Shown piece after piece: positions 32,441 to 41,594 of a stretch of DNA of 64,000 bases (its first letter is position 1; each line of letters begins with the position of its first letter). The notes beneath the pieces are model-generated. The model was not told where the DNA came from, did not search any database, and saw only the letters and a list, made by a program, of their open reading frames with translations. The position numbers and the translations under genes were made by a program. Origin of the DNA: an uncultured Alphaproteobacteria bacterium (lineage in GTDB: Bacteria; Pseudomonadota; Alphaproteobacteria; Puniceispirillales; UBA1172); the NCBI GenBank assembly GCA_958431225.1, contig OY288107.1:629953-693952 (forward strand), in the 5' to 3' direction.

Positions 32441-33349
32441 TCAGGGCCAACGCACTTCAGGGGGCAGAGACATCAAAATCGCCTCCACATTCCCCCCAGT
32501 ATTCAACCCAAACAACGTGCCACGATCATATAAAAGATTAAATTCCACATAACGCCCACGGCGGATAAGCTGATATGCGCGCTCATCTTGCGTATAGGGC
32601 GCATCCATATTACGGCGCACTAATTGGGGGTAAATTTTCAAAAATGCCCGCCCCACATCTTGGGTAAAAGCCCATTCACTAGCAAAATCCCCATCATCCA
32701 AATAATCATAAAAAATCCCACCAACCCCGCGTTTTTCTTGGCGGTGCTTGAGCGTAAAATAATCATCACACCAAGCACTAAATTCGGCATAATAATGAGG
32801 CTGATAAGCATCACAACACGCTTTGAGACAGGCATGAAAATCATCAGTATCTTGGTCGCAAGGATAAATCGGCGTCAAATCCGCCCCCCCACCAAACCAC
32901 CGCTTTCCGTGCGTATTAAGATAGCGCGTATTGATATGCACGGCAGGCACGTGCGGATTGCGGGGATGCGCCACCAGTGAAATACCACTAGCCCAAAAAC
33001 CCGCATCACCATCAGTGCCGGGAATGTTCCCACGAAATTCAGGATGAAACACCCCACTAACCGTAGAGATATTCACCCCGACTTTTTCAAACACCCGCCC
33101 GCGCATCACCGACATGACGCCGCCCCCGCCATCATCACCACCAGCATCGCCCTCCCGCTTCCAAGCCGTTTCCTCAAACCGCCCGGCTTCACCTGCATGC
33201 GGATGCGCCGCTACATATTCATCCTCAATCGCTTCAAATTCCGCCCGAATCGCATCGCGCAATTCAACGAACCACGCTTCAGCAAGCTGTTGCCGTGCGC
33301 GCAACTCCGCATCATCAATCACCGCCGAAAGCGTATCTTTAGCCATCAA
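32441..33349 (-). CDS. hemF: Oxygen-dependent coproporphyrinogen III oxidase
   Basis: 302 aa. Motifs are GGGGVMSVMRG.VFEK.GVN, HPRNPHVP, WFGGGADLTP and RRGRYVEFNLLYDRGT.FGL. Confidence 0.94.
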   Translation of the reverse strand: MMAKDTLSAVIDDAELRARQQLAEAWFVELRDAIRAEFEAIEDEYVAAHPHAGEAGRFEETAWKREGDAGGDDGGGGVMSVMRGRVFEKVGVNISTVSGVFHPEFRGNIPGTDGDAGFWASGISLVAHPRNPHVPAVHINTRYLNTHGKRWFGGGADLTPIYPCDQDTDDFHACLKACCDAYQPHYYAEFSAWCDDYFTLKHRQEKRGVGGIFYDYLDDGDFASEWAFTQDVGRAFLKIYPQLVRRNMDAPYTQDERAYQLIRRGRYVEFNLLYDRGTLFGLNTGGNVEAILMSLPPEVRWP

Positions 33350-34571
33350 CCAACTCCTTTAACTGCGCCAGCAATTCCGCGCGCGATGCAGAAAACCCAC
33401 GCTCCAACCAATAATCCTCCACCTGTTCCAACATAGCACCAACCGCCGCCCCCCGCACCCCCAACGCCTGCACATCATCGCCATTTATCGGCAAGCGCGC
33501 CAACACATAACCGCGAATCGCTTGCAGACGCGCGGTATTTATAGGCGCACCCAAGCGACTAATCAGCCAAGCCCCCGCCACCTGTTCCTGCGTCCAGCGC
33601 CAGCGCCGACACCGCCGCCACACATAGACCCGCCAATCATCCCCCCCAAGCCCCGCAACTTCTTCCGCCTCTAATGGGGTGGCAAAATGTTGTAAATCAC
33701 GGCACTCATGACGCGATAATTTGAGCCTTTTCCCCAACGCCTCCACCGCATCCCCCGCCAACAATGCCCTCAACATCACCGCCAAAGCCAGCATCGGCGC
33801 CCGCATATCATCCACCCCCGCCCACACCCCATAGGCTTCAACATCCCAATCGCCCGCATAAATCGCATCCAGCACCCCCAATTCGCGCATCAAACCCAAT
33901 GTCCGCACATCGCCACTAGCCAAAATTTTCCGCAACTCCCCGCCAACACGTTCGCCAGAAAGCGCATCAAGATGCCCCGCACCCGCCCGCAAAGCCTCCG
34001 CAGTTTCGGCATCAGGCGCATCCCCACCAAAACGCGCATAGAAGCGAAAATACCGCAACACCCGCAGATAATCCTCAGCAATACGCGCCCCAGCATCACC
34101 AATAAACCGCACCCGCCTAGATTCTAAATCCGCACATCCACCAAAAAAATCAATCACCGCACCCGATGCGGTCATGTAAAGGCTATTAAAGGTAAAATCG
34201 CGGCGGCTAGCATCAATCTGCCAATCATCCACATAGCGCACTTCGGCATGCCGCCCATCGGTTGCAATATCCTTGCGTAGAGTCGTCAGTTCCACCTTAA
34301 TATCAGGCGCGGCAGGGTCAAGCACGGTAATCGTCCCATGCCCAATGCCACTAGGAATCACCCGCAACCCCGCCGCCTCCAAACATGCCAGCGCCTCCTC
34401 CGGGGGCAGAGGCGATGCCATATCCACATCCACCGGCATTATAGTGCTATCCAACAACATATCGCGCACCACACCGCCACAGAATCGCACCTCAACCCCG
34501 GCATCCCCCAACACGCGAATAATACGTTGCGGCAGTGCCAACCCTAAAATCGCTTGCTTATTGGCTGTCAT
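33339..34571 (-). CDS. cca: CCA tRNA nucleotidyltransferase (poly(A) polymerase head-domain family)
   Basis: I trimmed the ORF to the ATG at 34571 (MTANKQ). Motifs are FCGGVVRD, DVDMA and RRDFTFNSLY. Confidence 0.88.
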   Translation of the reverse strand: MTANKQAILGLALPQRIIRVLGDAGVEVRFCGGVVRDMLLDSTIMPVDVDMASPLPPEEALACLEAAGLRVIPSGIGHGTITVLDPAAPDIKVELTTLRKDIATDGRHAEVRYVDDWQIDASRRDFTFNSLYMTASGAVIDFFGGCADLESRRVRFIGDAGARIAEDYLRVLRYFRFYARFGGDAPDAETAEALRAGAGHLDALSGERVGGELRKILASGDVRTLGLMRELGVLDAIYAGDWDVEAYGVWAGVDDMRAPMLALAVMLRALLAGDAVEALGKRLKLSRHECRDLQHFATPLEAEEVAGLGGDDWRVYVWRRCRRWRWTQEQVAGAWLISRLGAPINTARLQAIRGYVLARLPINGDDVQALGVRGAAVGAMLEQVEDYWLERGFSASRAELLAQLKELVDG

Positions 34572-34872
34572 CAGCACCATCAAACCGATAGGGGATAATT
34601 TCACCATCCTTCAATTCCGCCGGATGATAGCGTTGATAAATCTCCGCCTCCTCGCCAGTCGTCAGCAAAAACAACCCCAAAAACAACAAAACAAACCCCA
34701 CGACCCAAGGCAACAAAACCCGCCAAAGCGGATAAGCACGCGGCACAGAAACCAATTCCTCATCAGCATGATAACGCAACGCCCCCCGCCGCTTCCAATA
34801 GCGGTTAGCGATAGCAACACCCAAGGCAATACCAATAAAAATGGCGGTCAAAATAATAGCAAGACGGAGCAT
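34558..34872 (-). CDS. Hypothetical membrane protein (two TM segments)
   Basis: 104 aa. Hydrophobic segments are LAIILTAIFIGIALGVAIA and LLPWVVGFVLLFLGLFLL. It overlaps the cca start, which implies co-transcription. I recognise no family. Confidence 0.55.
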   Translation of the reverse strand: MLRLAIILTAIFIGIALGVAIANRYWKRRGALRYHADEELVSVPRAYPLWRVLLPWVVGFVLLFLGLFLLTTGEEAEIYQRYHPAELKDGEIIPYRFDGADDSQ

Positions 34873-34990
34873 AATGAATCCCCTTTCTATAAACTAGCCC
34901 CTATAAAATGCCGTTCATCCCACATAATAGCAAGGAACAAAAATTCACGCATCATACTTCCTCCGCCATCACATTTGGGGGTAGTGCGCT

Positions 34991-36202
34991 TTAGATGCGG
35001 TTTGCGCCGTCCATGATGGCTTTGAAAATGGCGGGGTCGGTGATGCCTTCGGAGCCGAACAGCAATATGCGCGCGGATTGATCTAGCCCCAAGGCGCTTG
35101 CCAATTTTGCATCCTGCATGGCGGCGATTAGGGTGGCTAGACCGGCGACAGCACTTTCGCCTGCCTCTACTTTTTCATCGCCGCTTTCTGCGTTTGCTAG
35201 CAGACGGATGGTGGGGGCGACTAGGCTATCGGGGATGGTGATGTAATCGGATGCCTCGGCGCGCAGGATTTCCCATGCTATTGCCGAAGGTTCGCCGCAT
35301 GATAGACCTGCCATGATGGTTTCTTCGTGGATTTTCACCGTGATGGGCGTGCCTTGGCGCGCGCTTTCGTATAAGCACGGGGCAAGTTCGGGTTCTACTA
35401 TAATAACGCGCGGGGCTTTGTCGCCCCAATATTGACGCAAGAATCCTGCAACCGATGCCGCCAGCCCGCCTACCCCGCCTTGTAGGAATACGTGCGTGGG
35501 TGCGGTGTTTAATGCCTCGCAAGCCCCGCAGGCTTCGCAAGCCTCGCGGGTCATAACGCCGTATCCTGCCATGACATCACGCGGGGGGTCGGTATAGCCT
35601 TGCCAAGATGTGTCCGACACCACGAACCAACCATGTTCCTCCGCCTCCGCCTTGCAGATACGCAACGATTCATCGTAATCGCCGTCAATCCGCACCACCT
35701 CGGCGCCAAACTCGCGCATGGCTTCGGCGCGCACGGCGCTGACTTCGCTATGGATGTAAATACGGCACGGCGCACCGACCCGCCTGCATCCCCATGCTAG
35801 CGACCGCCCGTGATTGCCATCGGTTGCGGAACTCAACGTGATTTGGCTACACGCCTCGGCATAGACGCCCTTCCTAATATCTTCAAGGCTGACCGTGCGC
35901 CCTAATCGTGCGCTCACTTCACGTTGCAACACGCGCATCGCCGCATACGCACCGCCTAGGGCTTTGAAACTGCCTAAGCCAAAACGTGCGCCTTCGTGTT
36001 TATAGTCAATGCGCCCGACGCCAATCTGTGCCGCCAAGCCGGGCAGTGACACTAACGGCGTCGGGGCGTAGCCTTGCCACGCTGTGATTTCCGCCCAGGC
36101 ATCAGCAAAATCTTTTTTGGATATAACCCGATGCGCGGCATCACCGCCGGCGGGGCGGGTGGCGATATGCTGCAAAGTGGCAGTGGAAAATGTTTTATTC
36201 AT
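34991..36202 (-). CDS. Diaminopropionate ammonia-lyase-like PLP enzyme (fold type II)
   Basis: 403 aa. N-terminus W.GYAPTPLVSLPGLA...IDYKHEGARFGLGSFKALGGAYA, with the PLP-lysine context SFKALGG. Later motifs are TDGNHGRS and GGVGGLAA. Confidence 0.82.
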   Translation of the reverse strand: MNKTFSTATLQHIATRPAGGDAAHRVISKKDFADAWAEITAWQGYAPTPLVSLPGLAAQIGVGRIDYKHEGARFGLGSFKALGGAYAAMRVLQREVSARLGRTVSLEDIRKGVYAEACSQITLSSATDGNHGRSLAWGCRRVGAPCRIYIHSEVSAVRAEAMREFGAEVVRIDGDYDESLRICKAEAEEHGWFVVSDTSWQGYTDPPRDVMAGYGVMTREACEACGACEALNTAPTHVFLQGGVGGLAASVAGFLRQYWGDKAPRVIIVEPELAPCLYESARQGTPITVKIHEETIMAGLSCGEPSAIAWEILRAEASDYITIPDSLVAPTIRLLANAESGDEKVEAGESAVAGLATLIAAMQDAKLASALGLDQSARILLFGSEGITDPAIFKAIMDGANRI

Positions 36203-37395
36203 GCATCAATCACCTGTAATTCTGCCGGCGCACGGCGCGATAGGAGTTCAGCACCGCCCGCACGGATAACGATATTTTCCTCGTGTAGCATAATAAAGCC
36301 ATCGCCATAACCCATCCCCGGTTCAATGGTAATAACCATCCCCGCCGTCAGCGTGGTTTTATCCGTAGCGGTGTGTGAGGGCCATTCGGTCAGCTGCATC
36401 CCTAAGCCATGCCCCAAACGCCCAATATCACCAACACTAGCCCCGCTTGCCGTCATCACATCTGCCATAGCGTGAAACAACGCCGCAGAAGTTGCGCCGG
36501 GCTTTGCCGCCGCAATCCCCGCCTCGGTCGCCGCATAGACAACATCATACGCCCGCCGCATTTCATCGCTGGCATGCCCAAAAGCATAGTTGCGGTCAAA
36601 ATCGCAAAAATATCCGTCAAATACTGCCCCCGTATCCATCATCATCATATCGCCCGCCCCTAGCACGCGATTGGTTGGCAGGGTAATGACATCATCAAAA
36701 CCCCCCTGCCCGGAACCCCCCACTAAATACGGCACTTCATCGGCACCATTTTTGAGCAATTCAATGCGCGTCTGCGTAAAGGCATCGCGTTCGCACATCC
36801 CCATCCGCACGAATTCAGGCACACGCGCAAAGGTATCCGAGGCAATGGCGCAAATATGGGCGATTTTTTCAATTTCGGCTTCGGATTTCACCATCCGTTG
36901 TGCGCGCACAATAGCGGTGGCATCAACAAAGCGCGCCGTGCCAATCTGCTTCCGCAAGCGGTCAAAATCCGTGGCGGGCATACGAATATGCGTTTCATGC
37001 CCCATAGGGATGCCAATCTTGCCCCCAATCTTGCCCTTAACCCCTGCTAGCTCATTCAAAGCATCGGTCAGGAGCGAGATGCCGTCATCGTGCGGTTGCG
37101 GTGCTTGCCATGTGCGGATGTCGTCAAGCCATGTCAGCCCCATACAAGCAGCACCGATGCTAGGGATGACTGCAACAGGTTTGCCTTGGCGGGGGATGAT
37201 GAGAAACCATGGGCGTGTCGGGCTTTGCCAAAAAGGCGTGTGAAACCCCGAATAATAACGCATCTCCGCCTCGGTGGTCAGTAGCAAGGCTTCAAGCCCC
37301 GCCGCCGCCATTAGATTCTGGGCTTGTGCCGTGCGCGCTTCAAATTCTGCCAATTTGAAACCGCGCATGGGTTCGGGGGTTTTGTGTTTATTCAT
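36199..37395 (-). CDS. M24 family metallohydrolase (Xaa-Pro peptidase / creatinase / ectoine-hydrolase-like)
   Basis: 398 aa. Creatinase-type N-domain plus a pita-bread C-domain with metal-ligand contexts (MMDTGAVFDGYFCDFDR, GHGLGM, TIEPG, HEEN). Confidence 0.88.
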   Translation of the reverse strand: MNKHKTPEPMRGFKLAEFEARTAQAQNLMAAAGLEALLLTTEAEMRYYSGFHTPFWQSPTRPWFLIIPRQGKPVAVIPSIGAACMGLTWLDDIRTWQAPQPHDDGISLLTDALNELAGVKGKIGGKIGIPMGHETHIRMPATDFDRLRKQIGTARFVDATAIVRAQRMVKSEAEIEKIAHICAIASDTFARVPEFVRMGMCERDAFTQTRIELLKNGADEVPYLVGGSGQGGFDDVITLPTNRVLGAGDMMMMDTGAVFDGYFCDFDRNYAFGHASDEMRRAYDVVYAATEAGIAAAKPGATSAALFHAMADVMTASGASVGDIGRLGHGLGMQLTEWPSHTATDKTTLTAGMVITIEPGMGYGDGFIMLHEENIVIRAGGAELLSRRAPAELQVIDA

Positions 37396-37540
37396 CCATT
37401 CCTCCCATAGGGGCTTGCGCGTTTTTCTGGTGGCTTGATTTATTTGCCTAGCCCGATAGAATGAACCTAGCCTTTAATTGCCTAAAAAATGTGGATTTTA
37501 CAATTGAATTATTCTGAAGCGTTGGGGAAAAAAACTCAAA

Positions 37541-38455
37541 ATGCCCGAAAGCAACCAAAAGCAAATGCCATTTCCTTCGGTCAATGCCTTGCGGTCATTT
37601 GAAACGACGGCACGGCTTGGCAGTGTGACCAAGGCGGCGGAAGAATTGCACGTCACCCCTTCCGCCGTCAGCCATCAGATTCGCAAACTTGAGGAAAGTT
37701 TCCAAAAACCCCTGATTGATTTTTCCAGTGGCAAAGCCACCCTTACCAGTTGGGGTTCGGTGCTTTATCCCGGGCTCACCGATGGTTTTATGCGGGTTCG
37801 TGAAGCCGTCAATCTATTAGGCGAACAATCGCAAATCATGAGCCTAACCATCGCCGCCCGTCCGCTTTTTGCCTCTAAATGGCTATCCCCCCGCCTTGAT
37901 AGATTTTGGGAACAGCACCCCAATATCGCCCTCAGGATGCGCTACCTTACCGAGCTTTATGATAGCACCAGCTATTCTGCCGATGCTTCAATTGAATGGA
38001 GCACCGAGCCGCCCCCTAATACGCTTTGCGTGCCTTTATTCCCAGCGGCGTTGTCGCCGGTTTGTAGCCCGGCTTTGGGGGTTGATACACGGGCAGAAAA
38101 CCTCCCCGAAAGTCTTGGCGATATGGTTTTGCTGACCGAATCGAATCATCAAAATGACTGCTGGAAAGATTGGTTGCGGCAGTTAGACGCAGTTGATTTT
38201 CGCCCCGAGCGCACCATTTTTCTTGACGATGGCAACATCCGCCTCAAAGCGGCGATTGATGGTAAAGGCATTGATATGGGCGTGCCGATTTTTCTCAAGG
38301 AAGAATTTGAAAATAAATCACTGATTGAACCTTTTCCAAAAACACGCCTAGAAGGGCATTATTACCTCATTTTTTCAGACCAGCTAAACGATAGCGTTAA
38401 AGCCTTCCGCGATTGGATTTTAGAAGAAACCAACACCGACCGCCTCAATGTTTAG
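37541..38455 (+). CDS. LysR family transcriptional regulator (GcvA-like)
   Basis: 304 aa with HTH LRSFETTARLGSVTKAAEELHVTPSAVSHQIRKLE. It is divergent from the M24/DAP-lyase pair. Confidence 0.9.
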   Translation: MPESNQKQMPFPSVNALRSFETTARLGSVTKAAEELHVTPSAVSHQIRKLEESFQKPLIDFSSGKATLTSWGSVLYPGLTDGFMRVREAVNLLGEQSQIMSLTIAARPLFASKWLSPRLDRFWEQHPNIALRMRYLTELYDSTSYSADASIEWSTEPPPNTLCVPLFPAALSPVCSPALGVDTRAENLPESLGDMVLLTESNHQNDCWKDWLRQLDAVDFRPERTIFLDDGNIRLKAAIDGKGIDMGVPIFLKEEFENKSLIEPFPKTRLEGHYYLIFSDQLNDSVKAFRDWILEETNTDRLNV

Positions 38456-39239
38456 GCAAAAGCGCCACGCCTTTATGCTTAAAAATCTGCCCGAATCCTT
38501 GCACTTCATCGGTGATTCCCGCACGGCGCAAGGCGCTCCAAAATTGCGCTTGGTTTGAGGTGATGACCGGCTTGCCAGTGGCTTGTTCAATCTCCTCCAC
38601 CACATCCACCGAACGGAGTCCGCTACAGCTTAAGAAAATAGCATCGGCGTCGGGTTGGTCAATTTCAATAGCAAAATCGCGTAGATACTGCGGCGACACT
38701 AACCCCATGTCCCAACCGCTAGCGATATTGAGCCCTTGCATATCCAACACATCAAAACCATGCGCCGTCAAAAATTCCGCCTCCAACGCATTGATCTCAT
38801 CCAAATAAGGTGTGCCGACCACGAGCTTTTTCACCGCCAATTCATGCAAAGCATCAAGCACCCCTTGAGCGATGCAACTAGGCACTGCCCAAGGCGCGCC
38901 TTTTTTAATCTCCGCCAACACCCGTTCAATGCCAATAACGATAGAACCCGAGGTGCAAACATAGCTGATAACATCAGGCTTGCCCTCAGGTTGCAGACGC
39001 GCCGCCGCATTTGCCATGTGTTCAATATGGCGCGCTAGTGTCGCATTAGTAGTATGGTCATCGGTTTCAAGGCGCGTGGCATAGACCGCCACCCCTTCAG
39101 GTGCCATGGCATTGAAATCGCTTTCTGCCGATGGGTCGGTGGATAGTAAAATAAACCCCAACCTAGCACGATGATGGCGTCCTTTATCAAAAATCGGCGC
39201 CCATTTTTTTGATGCTACCTTATCGCCAGATTTGAACAT
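38445..39239 (-). CDS. Asp/Glu/hydantoin racemase superfamily enzyme (maleate isomerase / arylmalonate decarboxylase / EutA-like)
   Basis: I trimmed the ORF to the ATG at 39239 (AAGGAGG upstream). The longer ORF would overlap the ATPase gene. Two catalytic-Cys contexts are YVCTSGS and FLSCSGLRS. Confidence 0.8.
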   Translation of the reverse strand: MFKSGDKVASKKWAPIFDKGRHHRARLGFILLSTDPSAESDFNAMAPEGVAVYATRLETDDHTTNATLARHIEHMANAAARLQPEGKPDVISYVCTSGSIVIGIERVLAEIKKGAPWAVPSCIAQGVLDALHELAVKKLVVGTPYLDEINALEAEFLTAHGFDVLDMQGLNIASGWDMGLVSPQYLRDFAIEIDQPDADAIFLSCSGLRSVDVVEEIEQATGKPVITSNQAQFWSALRRAGITDEVQGFGQIFKHKGVALLPKH

Positions 39240-39249
39240 GCTTGCCTCC

Positions 39250-40065
39250 TTATATCGCCTCGCGGACGGCAGATAAAAATTGCTGCGTGCGGGTCTTTTT
39301 GGGATTGCCGAATAATTCTGCGGGCGGGCCTTGTTCTTCAATCTGACCGCCATAAAAGAAACAGACACGGTCAGAAATATCACGCGCAAAACCCATTTGG
39401 TGCGTGACCATCAACATAGTTAGATTATGCGCCGCTACCAATTTACGAATCACATGAGTCACCTCGCCAATGACTTCCGGGTCTAGGGCGGACGTGACCT
39501 CATCAAACAGCATCACCTTGGGGCGCATCGCCAAAGCCCGCGCGATAGCAACCCGTTGTTGTTGTCCCCCCGATAGCCGCGAAGGGTGTTCATCTTTCTT
39601 ATCAATCATCCCCACCATTTCTAGCAATTCTTCGGAACGTGCGCGCGCATCTTGTTTAGAAATCCGCAAAACCTGAACCGGACCTTCCATGCAATTTTCC
39701 AACGCTGTCATGTGCGGAAATAGGTTAAAATGCTGAAAACACATGCCGATATCAGCACGGCGCGTGCGTAAATAACGCTGATTTGCCCAGACTAGCTTGT
39801 CGTCTTTGGGCATATGGGTTAGGGGCTGTCCATCCACATAAATCACCCCGTCATTGATCTTCTCCAACGTCATCAACATCCGCAGAACCGTGGTTTTGCC
39901 CGAACCGGACGGACCGATAATAGACACCATCTCTCCCGCCGCCACGTCTAAATCCAGATTGTCCAAAACCACCAATTCCCCATAGGCTTTACGCACTTTT
40001 TTGAAACTGACCATCGGACGATTCTTGCCTTTGATCTCAAGGGGAAATTTAGAAAAATCTTGCAT
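39250..40065 (-). CDS. Amino-acid ABC transporter ATP-binding protein
   Basis: 271 aa. Walker A GPSGSGKTT, signature LSGGQQQRVAIARAL and Walker B MLFDEVTSALD. The start abuts the stop of the upstream permease. Confidence 0.93.
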   Translation of the reverse strand: MQDFSKFPLEIKGKNRPMVSFKKVRKAYGELVVLDNLDLDVAAGEMVSIIGPSGSGKTTVLRMLMTLEKINDGVIYVDGQPLTHMPKDDKLVWANQRYLRTRRADIGMCFQHFNLFPHMTALENCMEGPVQVLRISKQDARARSEELLEMVGMIDKKDEHPSRLSGGQQQRVAIARALAMRPKVMLFDEVTSALDPEVIGEVTHVIRKLVAAHNLTMLMVTHQMGFARDISDRVCFFYGGQIEEQGPPAELFGNPKKTRTQQFLSAVREAI

Positions 40066-40067
40066 GA

Positions 40068-40730
40068 TTAAAGCCTTATTTTGCGCCGAACATAGATTTC
40101 AAACAAACGAATAAAACCCGCCGCCGGAAGTGATATTGCCAGAAAAATGATACCAACCAAAGTATAAGGTTCAAGAAAACGATAATGTTCCGCACCAATC
40201 GCATTAGCAGTGTGGATGAGTTCGGCAACACCAATCACCGAAAGCATCGGCGTATCTTTGAAAATCCCCACAAGATAATTCCCCATCCCGGCTAGTGCCG
40301 GCGGGATAGATTGGGGGATGATGATGCGCCGATATTTTTGCAACGCCGTCATATTGAGCGCGGTTGCCGCCTCCCACTGCCCCTTAGCGACGCTTTCAAT
40401 ACCGCCCCGATAGACTTCCGAAAGATAGGCGGAATAGTGCAGACCAATCGCAATCATCCCCGACACCCACGGCGATAGCCGAATGCCAAATTGCGGGGCA
40501 ACATAAAAAACGAAAAATATCTGCAAAATTAACGGAGTTGAACGAATAAACTCAACAAATTCGCGCACGATAAATGTAAGCACGCGCGAAGGCGCACGCT
40601 GTGCCAATGCCAACACCAACCCCAACACAATAGCAATCGCATACCCCGCCCCCGCCGCCACCAAAGTATTGCCCGTGGCGACCACAAGGCGCGGTAAAAT
40701 CTCCCAAGTAAATTCCCATTTCCATTCCAT
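40068..40730 (-). CDS. Amino-acid ABC transporter permease (His/Glu/Gln/Arg/opine family)
   Basis: 220 aa with polar amino-acid permease motifs (FIRSTPLILQIFFVFY, EAATALNMTALQKYRRIIIPQ). Confidence 0.9.
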   Translation of the reverse strand: MEWKWEFTWEILPRLVVATGNTLVAAGAGYAIAIVLGLVLALAQRAPSRVLTFIVREFVEFIRSTPLILQIFFVFYVAPQFGIRLSPWVSGMIAIGLHYSAYLSEVYRGGIESVAKGQWEAATALNMTALQKYRRIIIPQSIPPALAGMGNYLVGIFKDTPMLSVIGVAELIHTANAIGAEHYRFLEPYTLVGIIFLAISLPAAGFIRLFEIYVRRKIRL

Positions 40731-40746
40731 AATAAATCAAGTCCTA

Positions 40747-40804
40747 TTAATTAGCGCCCACGCCCCGCCCCGCCTTTAATTCGCGCCCACGCCCCGCGCC
40801 TCCC
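40747..40804. repeat. Imperfect 29-bp x2 tandem repeat at a permease 3' end
   Basis: ttaattagcgcccacgccccgccccgcct / ttaattcgcgcccacgccccgcgcctccc. The second copy encodes the stop and the last codons (EARGVGAN) of the permease at 40776-41462. The first copy fills the intercistronic gap. Confidence 0.75.
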
Positions 40805-41462
40805 GGCCAATTTTACGCGCCATAAACCCTTCAAGCCAGCGCATAAAAGGCGTGACGAAAAACCGCGCAAGAATGTAATAAATAAGCAAAGCCGCGCCAA
40901 AAACCTGCGCCGAAAGATATGTGGAAGCATTGATCTGACGCGATTCAAACATCAAATCCGCCACCGAAATCAGCGACACCAACGCCGTGCCTTTGAGCAA
41001 TTCAATCATCAAATTCCCCCAAGGGGGCAACATATTCACTAAGGCTTGGGGCAGGATGATACGGCGCATCCGTTTAGCCGGGCTCATACCGATGGCGAGG
41101 GCAGCTTCCCATTGCCCGCGTGGAACCGATAGAATCCCCCCACGCACCAACTCCGCACCATAAGCACCGATATTCATACCAACCGCCAAATAGCCGGCGG
41201 TGAATTTATCAATGGTCACCCCCAAAAGCGGCAAGACAAAAAAGATCCAATAAAGCTGAACCACCAAAGATGTGCCACGAAAAATCTCAATATAGGTAAT
41301 GGCGAACCCGCGCAAAATGCGGTTGGGCGCAAGTTTCATCAAACCCGCACCAAGCGAAATGACCACCCCCAGCGCGGCGGCGAGAAAAAACTGAATAACC
41401 GTAATGCCCGTTCCCGATAAAAGCCGCGGCCAATAGGTAGATATGAATTCAAATAACGTCAT
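40776..41462 (-). CDS. Amino-acid ABC transporter permease
   Basis: 228 aa with motifs FRGTSLVVQLYWIFFV and EAALAIGMSPAKRMRRIILPQ. Confidence 0.9.
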   Translation of the reverse strand: MTLFEFISTYWPRLLSGTGITVIQFFLAAALGVVISLGAGLMKLAPNRILRGFAITYIEIFRGTSLVVQLYWIFFVLPLLGVTIDKFTAGYLAVGMNIGAYGAELVRGGILSVPRGQWEAALAIGMSPAKRMRRIILPQALVNMLPPWGNLMIELLKGTALVSLISVADLMFESRQINASTYLSAQVFGAALLIYYILARFFVTPFMRWLEGFMARKIGREARGVGAN

Positions 41463-41470
41463 CAGTCCTC

Positions 41471-41535
41471 ATTATCGCGCAAAATTATCGCGCAAAATTA
41501 CCGCACAAAATTACCGCACAAAATTATCGCGCAGG
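41471..41535. repeat. 13-bp x5 tandem repeat (intercistronic)
   Basis: attatcgcgcaaa x2, attaccgcacaaa x2 and attatcgcgcagg x1. It lies between the binding-protein gene and the first permease gene. Confidence 0.9.
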
Positions 41536-41552
41536 GGGGGCGGGGCAGGAAA

Positions 41553-41583
41553 ATGTGGCGAATGGGTTAAACATCCGCCACAT
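41553..41583 (-). other. Intercistronic stem-loop after the binding-protein gene
   Basis: ATGTGGCG-N15-CGCCACAT, an 8-bp perfect stem starting 12 nt downstream of the SBP stop codon on the mRNA strand. There is no T-tract. Confidence 0.5.
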
Positions 41584-41594
41584 ATAGCACCAAA

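Noticed and set aside
34273-35016. 247-aa forward ORF across cca and the small membrane gene.
   Set aside because: It is antisense to supported genes, low-complexity, and spans two genes plus an intergenic gap.
36590-37243. 217-aa forward ORF inside the M24 hydrolase gene.
   Set aside because: It is antisense to a gene with clear M24 metal-ligand motifs and has an S/P/A/R-rich composition.
39240-39389. Longer N-terminus for the racemase-family ORF. The same issue applies at 44131-44253, 42435-42485, 47794-47868, 51416-51436, 53164-53217, 55170-55196, 57939-58061 and 60603-60671.
   Set aside because: The extensions overlap the preceding gene, and internal ATGs with an SD or stop-start coupling give N-termini that match the family. 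I trimmed the coordinates accordingly.
41471-41535. The 13-bp x5 array as a CRISPR array.
   Set aside because: The units are contiguous with no spacers, are far shorter than CRISPR repeats, and no cas genes are present.
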